From the IMG/VR virus record IMGVR_UViG_3300048620_000016: 64,000 nt of DNA, one strand, 5' to 3'. This DNA is from a virus. Shown here one piece after another: positions 53,895-62,667 of this stretch. The notes beneath the pieces were generated by a model that saw only the letters and a list, made by a program, of their open reading frames with translations, had not been told where the DNA came from and did no database searches. The number at the start of each line of letters is the position of its first letter. Position 1 is the stretch's first letter. Made by a program: the position numbers and the translations under genes.

Positions 53895-54254
53895 GTGGCC
53901 AAGTGCAAAGTCTGTGGCGCGCCTCACCGCGCGTGCATGCCCACCACCACGGTGACCCCCGTCGATACCCACATCAACCAAGGAGGTCAGACCGTGGGAA
54001 CACTCAAGCCCTACGAGGTCGTCGTGCCCGGACGGCGCGGCGGGGTCACCGCCACGCTGCTGCTGTCCGATGACGACGCCAAGCGTGCCGGCGTGTTCGA
54101 GCAGCAGCCCGAGCAGAAGGCCGCACCCAAGCGCACCCGCAGCAAGGCGCGCACCCCCCGCAACAAGGCGGCCAAACCCGCCGCCGACAAGGCCTCGACG
54201 CCCGCCCCCGCGGCGCCCGTCGAGGAAGCAACAGACCCGGACGCGTCCGAGTAG
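53895..54254 (+). CDS. Copy 2, small capsid-associated protein
   Basis: Repeat at +36,246. Confidence 0.65.
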   Translation: MAKCKVCGAPHRACMPTTTVTPVDTHINQGGQTVGTLKPYEVVVPGRRGGVTATLLLSDDDAKRAGVFEQQPEQKAAPKRTRSKARTPRNKAAKPAADKASTPAPAAPVEEATDPDASE

Positions 54255-54262
54255 CAGAGGAG

Positions 54263-54820
54263 GTGGTGATCGTGCCCAGCATCACCGACCCGTTCGCAAC
54301 CGCACAGCGAATGGAAGAGCGCTCACAGGGCGCGATCACCACCACCACTCACCCCTACCTGCACCGCGAGCTCGCCTCCGCAACGCAGGACATCCGCGAC
54401 TACTGCCGCTGGCACATCGCCCCGCGGCTCCCGACCACCTTCCGACGCCGCGGCCGCAACGCCGGAGAGATCTGGCTCCCCGCCATGCAGATCCACTCCA
54501 TCGACGCGGTCACCCTCGACGGCCGCACCCTCGACCCGGCAGCGCTCGCCGCTGTCGACTTCGACCCAGACACCGGCTGGACGAGCCTGTGTGGCCGCGT
54601 CGCGGCCGTGACGTTCACCTCTGGGCACGACGTCGTCCCCGCCAACATCGAGACGATCACGCTCGAGCTCGCGGCCGCGGCGCTGGGAACCTCGCTCGGC
54701 TACACCCGTGAGCAGGCAGGCTCGGTATCGGTCAGCTTCGACCGCGCGGGCGGCGGCATCGACGAAGACTCGCCGACCGCGCGTCGCCTCACGGCGTACC
54801 GCATCGGCAGGCTCCCGTGA
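54263..54820 (+). CDS. Copy 2, head-to-tail adaptor
   Basis: Repeat at +36,246. Confidence 0.8.
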   Translation: MVIVPSITDPFATAQRMEERSQGAITTTTHPYLHRELASATQDIRDYCRWHIAPRLPTTFRRRGRNAGEIWLPAMQIHSIDAVTLDGRTLDPAALAAVDFDPDTGWTSLCGRVAAVTFTSGHDVVPANIETITLELAAAALGTSLGYTREQAGSVSVSFDRAGGGIDEDSPTARRLTAYRIGRLP

Positions 54821-55158
54821 TCGGCGGCGCCGTCGCACGACACCGCATCGACGTGATCCGTGCGCCCCTCGTCGACGACGGACGCGGCAACAAGGAACGC
54901 GACTGGGCCAACGCCACAGAGCGCGGCCTGACAGGCTGGGCGATCGACGCCGGATCGACCACCGAGGACGAGGTCAACCGGGACGGCTCCGCTGTCGAGT
55001 ACACGATCCGGGGCCCCTTCGCCGCAGACATCGCCGCGAGCGACCACGTGCGCCTGCTCGGCGCCGTGTTCGAAATCACCGGCGGCATCCTCCGCCAGCC
55101 GGGCCCGAGCCCGCTCACCAGCCACACGATCATCCGACTCACTCGCTGGGAGGGCTGA
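54817..55158 (+). CDS. Copy 2, head-to-tail stopper
   Basis: Repeat at +36,246. Confidence 0.75.
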   Translation: MIGGAVARHRIDVIRAPLVDDGRGNKERDWANATERGLTGWAIDAGSTTEDEVNRDGSAVEYTIRGPFAADIAASDHVRLLGAVFEITGGILRQPGPSPLTSHTIIRLTRWEG

Positions 55159-55415
55159 TGGCCGCCAAGAGCATCCGCATAGCGCTGAACCCGCGAGGGG
55201 TCCGTGCGCTGCTGCAGTCGCCCGAGATCACCGAAGACCTCGAACGGCGCGGCGAAGCGATCGCCACCGCAGCCGGCGGCGCCCCCGACTTCGAGGTGCG
55301 CGCCGACCGCAACCGCGACCGCACTGTGGTGTTCGTCACTGCCGCAACCTTCGATGGCCGCAACGCCGAGTCCGAGGACCGCGCCCTGACCCGGGCGATC
55401 GACGCGGGGAGGTGA
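55158..55415 (+). CDS. Copy 2, tail completion/neck protein
   Basis: Repeat at +36,246. Confidence 0.75.
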   Translation: MAAKSIRIALNPRGVRALLQSPEITEDLERRGEAIATAAGGAPDFEVRADRNRDRTVVFVTAATFDGRNAESEDRALTRAIDAGR

Positions 55416-55834
55416 TTGTGGTCGAGCTGCTGATCCCCTCCGACGTCGAGGTCGCTGTCGTGACCGAGCTCAACGCGCGGATGCCGGACCGTGACTTCCC
55501 GGGGGCGTGGGGGACACGCATCCCGAACGATCGGGCAGAACGTAGCGAGTTCGGGCGCGTGCTGGCCGCTGGCGGTTCGGAGCGTGACCTGGTGACTGAC
55601 TCACCCACCGTCGTCATCGAAGCGTTCAGCGACCGTGAGGGTCGCGCGCAGCGCATGTGTGCGGTCGCCGTCGCGGTCGTCCAGGCTGCGGTGCGCGGCG
55701 GCGCGCTCGGTGGCGTCACCGCCTATCGGGCGCGCGTGATGTCGCTGCCGCAGAACCTCCCCATGCTTTCGGTGCCTGGCCGCTTCCGGTTCACCGCCAC
55801 GCTCTCCGTCGACCTGCGCAGGTCGTCGGTCTAG
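55412..55834 (+). CDS. Copy 2, tail terminator
   Basis: Repeat at +36,246. Confidence 0.75.
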   Translation: MIVVELLIPSDVEVAVVTELNARMPDRDFPGAWGTRIPNDRAERSEFGRVLAAGGSERDLVTDSPTVVIEAFSDREGRAQRMCAVAVAVVQAAVRGGALGGVTAYRARVMSLPQNLPMLSVPGRFRFTATLSVDLRRSSV

Positions 55835-55898
55835 GTTCCCCAACCTCCGCACCGCCCGGTCACGGGCGGTGTTCCTCGTTGCCTGAAAGGGGCACAGC

Positions 55899-56483
55899 AT
55901 GACAGTTACGCAGGACGACGTCTTCGTCGGCGCCCCGGATCAGCAGGTCACCGGCGCGATCCTCACCGGCCCGGAGACCGACACCATCCCGACCACGATC
56001 GACGACTTTGTCGAGACCGGCCTCGCCAATTCGGGGTACGTCGGTGAGGACGGGGTGACGATCACCCCCACCGAGTCGACGGAGTCGATCAAGGACTGGT
56101 CGCTGAAGGTGATCCGCAAGATCCTCACCGAGTTCGATTCGACGATCGCGTGGGCTCACCTGGCGCTCGACGAGTTCAGCCTGAAGAACTACATGGGCGA
56201 CGACAACGTCGAGGTGACCCCGGCGACCGTCGCGCACGGCACTCAGACTCGCGCGGCGATCGCCGGCGAGATGCGACCGGTGAAGGCCTGGTACTTCAAG
56301 ATCAAGGACGGCGCTCGCCGGGCCCTGATCATGGTGCCGCACGGCCAGGTCACCGAACGCGGCGAGATCGCTCTGCTCGCATCGGCCGCGATCACGCTGC
56401 CGGTGACGCTGACGACCTACCCGGACGCCGCCGGGAAGAACATCTACATCTTCCTCGACGACGGCAAGGTCGCATCCGCCTGA
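55899..56483 (+). CDS. Copy 2, major tail protein
   Basis: Repeat at +36,246. Confidence 0.92.
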   Translation: MTVTQDDVFVGAPDQQVTGAILTGPETDTIPTTIDDFVETGLANSGYVGEDGVTITPTESTESIKDWSLKVIRKILTEFDSTIAWAHLALDEFSLKNYMGDDNVEVTPATVAHGTQTRAAIAGEMRPVKAWYFKIKDGARRALIMVPHGQVTERGEIALLASAAITLPVTLTTYPDAAGKNIYIFLDDGKVASA

Positions 56484-56572
56484 GTCGTTTCGACCGTCGC
56501 GGCTGGGTGATGGGAACCCACCCAGCCGCGACGCCACACCATCCCGGTTCCCCACGTTGAGAGGTTCCCAAG

Positions 56573-56842
56573 ATGACCGCAGAGAAGTTCCACTACCCGC
56601 TGCCCGACGGTAGTGAGCTCGTGATCCCGAAGTACAAGCACGTGCCCTCCGGCGTGGCCCGCAAGGCCCGCCGCGAGGATGCCGGCAACCAGATCTGGAC
56701 GTTCCTCGAGGCGGTGTGCGAGCCGGAGCAGATCGAACAGCTCGACGGCCTCGACATCGGCGACTTCGCGAAGTTCGCGCACGAGTGGCAGAAGGACTCC
56801 GCTGTGAAGCCGGGGGAATCTTTGGCCTCCTCGATCTCGTAG
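56573..56842 (+). CDS. Copy 2, tail assembly chaperone G
   Basis: Repeat at +36,246. Confidence 0.9.
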   Translation: MTAEKFHYPLPDGSELVIPKYKHVPSGVARKARREDAGNQIWTFLEAVCEPEQIEQLDGLDIGDFAKFAHEWQKDSAVKPGESLASSIS

Positions 56843-57204
56843 ACGAGCATCGGGAGGCGATCGAGTTCGAGCTGATCCAGATCGGTCGGGATCTGGATCA
56901 GCTCGGCACGCCCGCGCTGTCATGGCGAGATCTCTACGTGTTGGTCCGGCGATGGCAGAAGACCCCCGGCAACGCGTTCGCGGAGTCCGTGCATGGGCAC
57001 GCGGTCCCGTCGTGGTCGGAGCAGGTCCTCGCGCTGATCGTCGACGCGCTGCACGGCATCGCGTTCATCCTCAAGCGCGGCAAGGGGCAGCGCCCCAAGC
57101 GTCTGCAGCGGTGGTGGGAGAAGCGGAGAGTGCAGCGATTCGGCCGGGAGCCGATCGCGCTGTCGCAGTTCGACGCCTGGTGGAGGTCTGCCGGCAAGAA
57201 GTGA
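56812..57204 (+). CDS. Copy 2, chaperone -1 frameshift extension
   Basis: GGGGGAA at 56812-56818. Confidence 0.88.
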   Translation, partial: GGIFGLLDLVDEHREAIEFELIQIGRDLDQLGTPALSWRDLYVLVRRWQKTPGNAFAESVHGHAVPSWSEQVLALIVDALHGIAFILKRGKGQRPKRLQRWWEKRRVQRFGREPIALSQFDAWWRSAGKK

Positions 57205-57217
57205 GCGGGGGTGGCCG

Positions 57218-59194
57218 GTGTCAAGTTCCGGTGTCGAGCTCGCCACAGTCTGGGTGCGGATGGTCCCCACCCTCGAGGGCGTCGAGGGTCACATCACGCA
57301 GGCGTTCGCGCCCGCCGAGCGGGAGGCAGCCGACTCCGGAAAGAAGTCGGGCGCCGCCTGGTCCTCCTCACTCAAGGGCGCGATCGGTGTCGCAGCGGTC
57401 GGCGCTGCAGTCGTCGCAGGATTCAAGGGCCTGTACGAGGTCGGCGCGGTCTTCGATGACGTCACCGACACCATCCGGACCGGAACCGGCCTGCAGGGGG
57501 AGGCGCTCGACGGTCTCGTCGACGTCGCCAAGCAGGTCGGCAACCAGGTGCCGGCGCAGTTCGACCAGATCGGGACGACCGTCGCCGACCTCAACACCCG
57601 CCTGGGGCTCAGTGGCGACACCCTCACCACCGTTGCATCGCAGTACCTCGAGGCGGGCCGCATCCTCGGCGAAGAGGTCGACGTCAAGAAGACGTCGGCC
57701 GCGTTCTCCGCCTTCCGCATCGAGGGCGACGAGGTCGCCGGCGCCATGGACACCCTGTTCCAGGTGTCGCAGGCCACCGGCGTCGGGATGAACGACCTCG
57801 CGTCAGGCGTGCAGCGCACAGCCCCCGCGCTGCAGGCGCTCGGGTTCGGCTTCGAGGATTCGGTTGCGCTGCTCGGCTCGCTCGACAAGGCCGGCCTCAA
57901 CTCGCAGCAGATGATGGGCGCGCTCTCCAAGGGGCTCGTGACCCTCGCGAAGGATGGCGAGGAACCGCAGGCCGCGTTCCAGCGCGTCACCGGTGAGCTG
58001 CAGGGCTTCATCGATGAAGGCGACAAGGCCGGCGCACTGAACCTGGCATCGAAGATCTTCGGCACGCGCGGCGCCAGCCAGTTCGTGGGCGCGATCGAGT
58101 CGGGCGTGCTCAGCATGGACGACCTGATGGCGGCTACGGGCGCCACAGGCGACACCATCCTGGGTGTCGGTGCGGAGACCGCTGACGCGGCCGAGCAGTG
58201 GCAGGTGCTCAAGAACAAGGCGCTCACCGCGCTCGAGCCGATCGGCACCGCACTGTTCACTGCGCTCGGTGACGGGCTCGGGTTCATCAACCAGCTGCTC
58301 GACGGCGCCGACTTCTCGATGTTCGGAGAGCTGCTCGGCTACCTGTCGCCGCTCGGGATCATCTTCAAGGCGCTGCAGCCGCTCCTGCCGGAGATCATGG
58401 CGACCCTCGGCCCTGCGTTGCAGCAGGTGATGGCGGCTATGCTGCCGGTTCTGCAGACGGTCGTGGGCACGTTCTCCGAGCTGCTCGCTTCCGTGCTCCC
58501 ACCGCTGTTGCCGATCATCACCATGCTCGCCGACCTGATCGGTCAGGTGCTCCTGGCGGTGACCCCGTTGCTGCCCCCGCTGATCCAGTTGGTGTCGGCG
58601 ATCTTCCCGATCCTCGCCTCGGTCGTCTCGGCGCTCATGCCGGTATTCCAGGGCGTGGTGAACATGCTGTCGACGATCCTGATCCCCGTCGTGGAGATGC
58701 TTGTCGATGTGCTCGGCGGCGTCGTCGAGTTCCTCACCGGGGTGTTCACCGGCGACTGGGAGAAGGCGTGGAACGGGATCCTCTCGATCTTCGAGGGGAT
58801 CTGGAACGGCCTCGGTGACGTGTTCATCGGCGTGCTCAACGGCGTTATCGACCTCATTAACGGTTTCCTCGGCGGACTGAACGAGGTCGGCAATTGGGTC
58901 TCGGACATGACCGGCGGCGCGATCGACATCAACTTCGGTCAGATCCCGCACCTCGCGGAGGGTGCCACCATCCTCCCTCGCCGGGGTGGGACCCTCGCTG
59001 TGCTCGCCGAGGCCGGCCGCGCAGAGACGGTCGTCGACACGGGCCTGCTCAATCGGGCGCTCGAGGAGGGTCTCGACGGTGCAGGACGGGGCGGGAATGT
59101 ACAGGTCGATGTCCATCCCGCAGCAGGCATGGATGAGGTCACGATCGGCAAGATCGCAGCGTCGGAGATCGACTGGGAAATGAGGAGGGGCTGA
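57218..59194 (+). CDS. Copy 2, tape measure protein
   Basis: Repeat at +36,246. Confidence 0.95.
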   Translation: MSSSGVELATVWVRMVPTLEGVEGHITQAFAPAEREAADSGKKSGAAWSSSLKGAIGVAAVGAAVVAGFKGLYEVGAVFDDVTDTIRTGTGLQGEALDGLVDVAKQVGNQVPAQFDQIGTTVADLNTRLGLSGDTLTTVASQYLEAGRILGEEVDVKKTSAAFSAFRIEGDEVAGAMDTLFQVSQATGVGMNDLASGVQRTAPALQALGFGFEDSVALLGSLDKAGLNSQQMMGALSKGLVTLAKDGEEPQAAFQRVTGELQGFIDEGDKAGALNLASKIFGTRGASQFVGAIESGVLSMDDLMAATGATGDTILGVGAETADAAEQWQVLKNKALTALEPIGTALFTALGDGLGFINQLLDGADFSMFGELLGYLSPLGIIFKALQPLLPEIMATLGPALQQVMAAMLPVLQTVVGTFSELLASVLPPLLPIITMLADLIGQVLLAVTPLLPPLIQLVSAIFPILASVVSALMPVFQGVVNMLSTILIPVVEMLVDVLGGVVEFLTGVFTGDWEKAWNGILSIFEGIWNGLGDVFIGVLNGVIDLINGFLGGLNEVGNWVSDMTGGAIDINFGQIPHLAEGATILPRRGGTLAVLAEAGRAETVVDTGLLNRALEEGLDGAGRGGNVQVDVHPAAGMDEVTIGKIAASEIDWEMRRG

Positions 59195-59961
59195 TGCGGC
59201 GCCGAGTCACCATCGACGGGTTGATCTTCGACGGCGTCGCCCGCTACGGCGCGACCGGGTGCTACCTGATCGGGCCCGACGGGCTGACGGGCTGGGACGA
59301 TGGCCCAGAGTCCCGCCGCACCGAGGTGCCGCGACCCGTCGCCTATGGCTCTTTCGATGCTCCCGAGTTCCTGTCATCCCGCGTCTACGTGATCACCGGC
59401 ACGTTGCTGGCCTCCACCCCACAAGAGCTGCGGGTGATGAAAGACAGGCTCAAAGGGGTGCTGAACGGCGCTCGCCGCGGCAAGCTCACCGTGGAGGACG
59501 ACCTCGGCACACGGTGGGCGTGGGTGCGCCGCGCCGGCACACCTCGAGTGGCGGAGAAGGGGATGACGGCGACCGCCGCTGAGTTCTCGGTCACCTTCTG
59601 GGCTCCGGATCCTTGGCAGTACGGCCAGTACCGTGAGTTCACCAACTCGCCCGCTCAGGTGCTGCAGCGCGGCAACGAGCATGCCGTTCCGATCGTCGAC
59701 GTCGAGGGCAACATGCCAACCGGCTACACCATCTCGTCGCAGGGCAAGCAGTACATCGTCAGCCAGCCTCTTCTCACCGGCCAGACGCACCGGATCGACA
59801 TGCGCACCGGGTGGCTGTACCGGAACGGCAGCCTGCAGTCCTCGGCGGTCGAGAAGGTCGAGACGTTCACGATCCCGCCGAACAAGCTGACGCCGGTCGG
59901 GCTCACTCCGGCCTCTGGCCTCGGGATGCTGTGGGTGAAGCTGCACGACACGTTTGTGTGA
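59194..59961 (+). CDS. Copy 2, distal tail protein
   Basis: Repeat at +36,246. Confidence 0.8.
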   Translation: MRRRVTIDGLIFDGVARYGATGCYLIGPDGLTGWDDGPESRRTEVPRPVAYGSFDAPEFLSSRVYVITGTLLASTPQELRVMKDRLKGVLNGARRGKLTVEDDLGTRWAWVRRAGTPRVAEKGMTATAAEFSVTFWAPDPWQYGQYREFTNSPAQVLQRGNEHAVPIVDVEGNMPTGYTISSQGKQYIVSQPLLTGQTHRIDMRTGWLYRNGSLQSSAVEKVETFTIPPNKLTPVGLTPASGLGMLWVKLHDTFV

Positions 59962-59973
59962 GAGGAGGTTGCT

Positions 59974-61056
59974 GTGTTCCGCACCATGGTGTTTGACACG
60001 GTCACAGGCGCGCCGCAGCTGACGGTGCACCCCACCGCCGCGACCTGGGGAGCGAAGCTCGACGGCGGGGCGCAGGGCTCGTGCACGATCCCGCTGCGCG
60101 GCTTCGGCACCCTCCCGCGCGGCTTCGCCCGCAACCTCCTGCTCGTGAACGCGCGGATGATCGCCCACATCGACGAGAACGACACAGTCATCGCGGCGGG
60201 GGTAATCCTCCGAACGGTCTACAACCGCGATACGGGCGCCGTCACTGCGAACTGGGTGGACATCCGTGAGCTCTTCCGCCAACGTCTCCCGTTCGGTGTG
60301 CTCTCGTGGGGTCCATCGGGAACGCTCAACGTCGAGGATCGAACCTACGCGGGAGCGGTTCGCGCCATCCTCTACCGCGGCATGGGATCGGGGGACCAGC
60401 CGGCATGGGATCTTCCGATTGCGCTGCCGCCCGATGAGGGCCCAGGATCATTCACCAAGAAGTGGAACTACTACGATGTGCCGATCATCGACGACATGCT
60501 GCGGGAGGTCGAGAAGGAAGGCATCGAAATCTACTTCGATCCGTACATCGCCAGCAACGGTCACCTCCGTTTCGCTACCCGCGTCGGCCGCCGAATCGCG
60601 CTCGGTGATCCGCTCGACCTGCCGGCTACGACGCCTGAGACCCGAGTGTCCGGCCTCACTGTCACCATCGACGGCTCGAAGCAGTTGACCGGGGTATTCG
60701 TAGTGGGCACAGGCACCGAAGCGGATACGAAGGTCGCGGGCGCTGGTCATGGGCCATACGACATCCCCGTTCGCGACGCGCGCCGCGCCGCCAAGGACGT
60801 GAAGTCGACGACGCGTCTGCAGCGTATCGCCGATGCGGCGCTCGAGGACAACTTCGATTACATCGTGCAGCGCTCCTACGGCGTGCGTCTGGGCTCCCCG
60901 GTGAATGCCGGCCACGTGAAGCCTGGCCACCTTCTTCGGATGGACGTGCAGGGCGACGACTGGCTCGCTGACCTCCGAACCACCCAGCGTGTCCTCAGCG
61001 TCTCTGGGGACCTCACCGAGAACGTGAAAGTCGAGTCGCAGTCCTATGGCGGATGA
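59974..61056 (+). CDS. Copy 2, minor tail/hub protein
   Basis: Repeat at +36,246. Confidence 0.75.
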   Translation: MFRTMVFDTVTGAPQLTVHPTAATWGAKLDGGAQGSCTIPLRGFGTLPRGFARNLLLVNARMIAHIDENDTVIAAGVILRTVYNRDTGAVTANWVDIRELFRQRLPFGVLSWGPSGTLNVEDRTYAGAVRAILYRGMGSGDQPAWDLPIALPPDEGPGSFTKKWNYYDVPIIDDMLREVEKEGIEIYFDPYIASNGHLRFATRVGRRIALGDPLDLPATTPETRVSGLTVTIDGSKQLTGVFVVGTGTEADTKVAGAGHGPYDIPVRDARRAAKDVKSTTRLQRIADAALEDNFDYIVQRSYGVRLGSPVNAGHVKPGHLLRMDVQGDDWLADLRTTQRVLSVSGDLTENVKVESQSYGG

Positions 61057-61663
61057 CCTCAGTTCCAACCCGCAGTTCCGTGACCTTATGGATCGCGTGT
61101 CGAGCCTCGAGCGGGGGACGCCGCTCTACTCGGCCTCCGTGACCGAAGGCGAGCTGCGATTCATCGGCGGAAAGCTCCGTATTGAGTCAGGCGGTCGCAT
61201 GGAGATCGAGGGCACGCTCGAGGTCAATGGCACCACCACGGTCACGGGAACCTTCAACGTCGCCGGCCCGTGGGAGCTCGAGGGGAACGGGGAGATCACC
61301 GGCGATGTCGACCTCAGCGGTGACATGGACGTCACGGGCGACATCGAGGTGCTCTCTGGCGGCCGGATCAAGATCGGCAACATCATTCTCAACCCCACCG
61401 ACGAAGGCGGATCTCTCGACTTCGGCGGCGGCAAGAAGGTCCACGCAGGGTCCGGGTTCCTCGGGCTCTACAACGGATCCTCGTTCATCGCGTTCAACTC
61501 ATCCGGCGTCGGGATGGGCGGCGCTTCGGGACCAGTGCTGAACATTGGACCGAGCGGTCTGCAGATCAGCAACCTGCCCACCCGGACTGCCACGGAGACA
61601 GGCCTGGGCCCGGGCGCACTCTTCTACCAAGCGGGATTCATCTACAGAGTCGTCCCCGGCTAG
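61046..61663 (+). CDS. Copy 2, minor tail protein
   Basis: Repeat at +36,246. Confidence 0.7.
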   Translation: MADDLSSNPQFRDLMDRVSSLERGTPLYSASVTEGELRFIGGKLRIESGGRMEIEGTLEVNGTTTVTGTFNVAGPWELEGNGEITGDVDLSGDMDVTGDIEVLSGGRIKIGNIILNPTDEGGSLDFGGGKKVHAGSGFLGLYNGSSFIAFNSSGVGMGGASGPVLNIGPSGLQISNLPTRTATETGLGPGALFYQAGFIYRVVPG

Positions 61664-62079
61664 GGGCAGAGGTTCAAGCGTGCTGCGGTGATGATCGCGC
61701 TGCTGTCGAGGTAATAGCCTCCGACATTCGGCTCCTCGCCCTCGATGAGGACCATGGTCTCTCCAGACTCACCCGATGCGAGCCGATCACAGGCATCCTG
61801 ACCAGCGGCGAGCAGCTGCTCGTCGGTCGCGTTCGGGATCTGAGTGCGGAACGCAGTCTGCCGCTCGCGGACCGCGGCGAGGAAAGCCTCATCATCGGCG
61901 TCCGCTGCGGGGCTCTCGGCAACGAGGGGTGGCGGCGTGCTCTCCATCGTCTCTGGCGCGGCCGCTGAGGCGGCTGGAGCGCTCGCGGTGGGGGCGACGG
62001 TGGGGTCGGGGCCTGAGCAGCCAGTGAGAGCTAGGACGGCCAGTATCGCGGCGGTGACGCCGAATGTAATCTTGGGCAC
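61660..62079 (-). CDS. Copy 2, DUF732-like lipoprotein
   Basis: Repeat at +36,246. Confidence 0.8.
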   Translation of the reverse strand: MPKITFGVTAAILAVLALTGCSGPDPTVAPTASAPAASAAAPETMESTPPPLVAESPAADADDEAFLAAVRERQTAFRTQIPNATDEQLLAAGQDACDRLASGESGETMVLIEGEEPNVGGYYLDSSAIITAARLNLCP

Positions 62080-62192
62080 GATGACCTCCCTGTAGGTCGT
62101 CTCTGGCCCGGACGAGTGACCGCTCGTTCGGGCCTTCTCTGTGCCCGTCACGTTAGCGCACTCCCGCGTGCGGGGGACAGAGGAGGGGCCGG

Positions 62193-62648
62193 ATGAGCTC
62201 GTACACCTATACCGGCACACTCACCGACATCGGGCTGGGTGTTCTGGCGGGGTCGTCGCCGGTGATGCGGGTGCGTCCGGCGGTGGAAGCGTTCGGTCCC
62301 GATGGGATCGTGTCGGCGGTGCCGGTTCCCGTCGCCGTTGATCCAGGATCCGGGGTCTTCTCGATGTTGCTCTACCCGTCGGGTGAACTCCGCCCCGCGA
62401 TGGGCGGGGCGGTTGGCGTCGATTACGTCATCGAGGTTGGCCGGTTCGAGGGCACGATCGATGGCCTTGTGTTCAGCAGCATCGACGTTTGGAAGTTCAC
62501 TGCTGCGGCGGGTGGGGGAAACGTCGGCGAGATGGCGGGCGGTTCGCTGCTGGCTGTGTGGGTGGGTCCGCCGTGGCCGCCAGCCCCGTTGCCGGCAGGG
62601 CTGTACATCGACATCACACCACCGAACGCGTTCGGAATCGTTTCTTGA
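62193..62648 (+). CDS. Copy 2, tail-fibre-associated protein
   Basis: Repeat at +36,246. Confidence 0.65.
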   Translation: MSSYTYTGTLTDIGLGVLAGSSPVMRVRPAVEAFGPDGIVSAVPVPVAVDPGSGVFSMLLYPSGELRPAMGGAVGVDYVIEVGRFEGTIDGLVFSSIDVWKFTAAAGGGNVGEMAGGSLLAVWVGPPWPPAPLPAGLYIDITPPNAFGIVS

Positions 62649-62667
62649 CTCGAAGGGGGATTGCGCA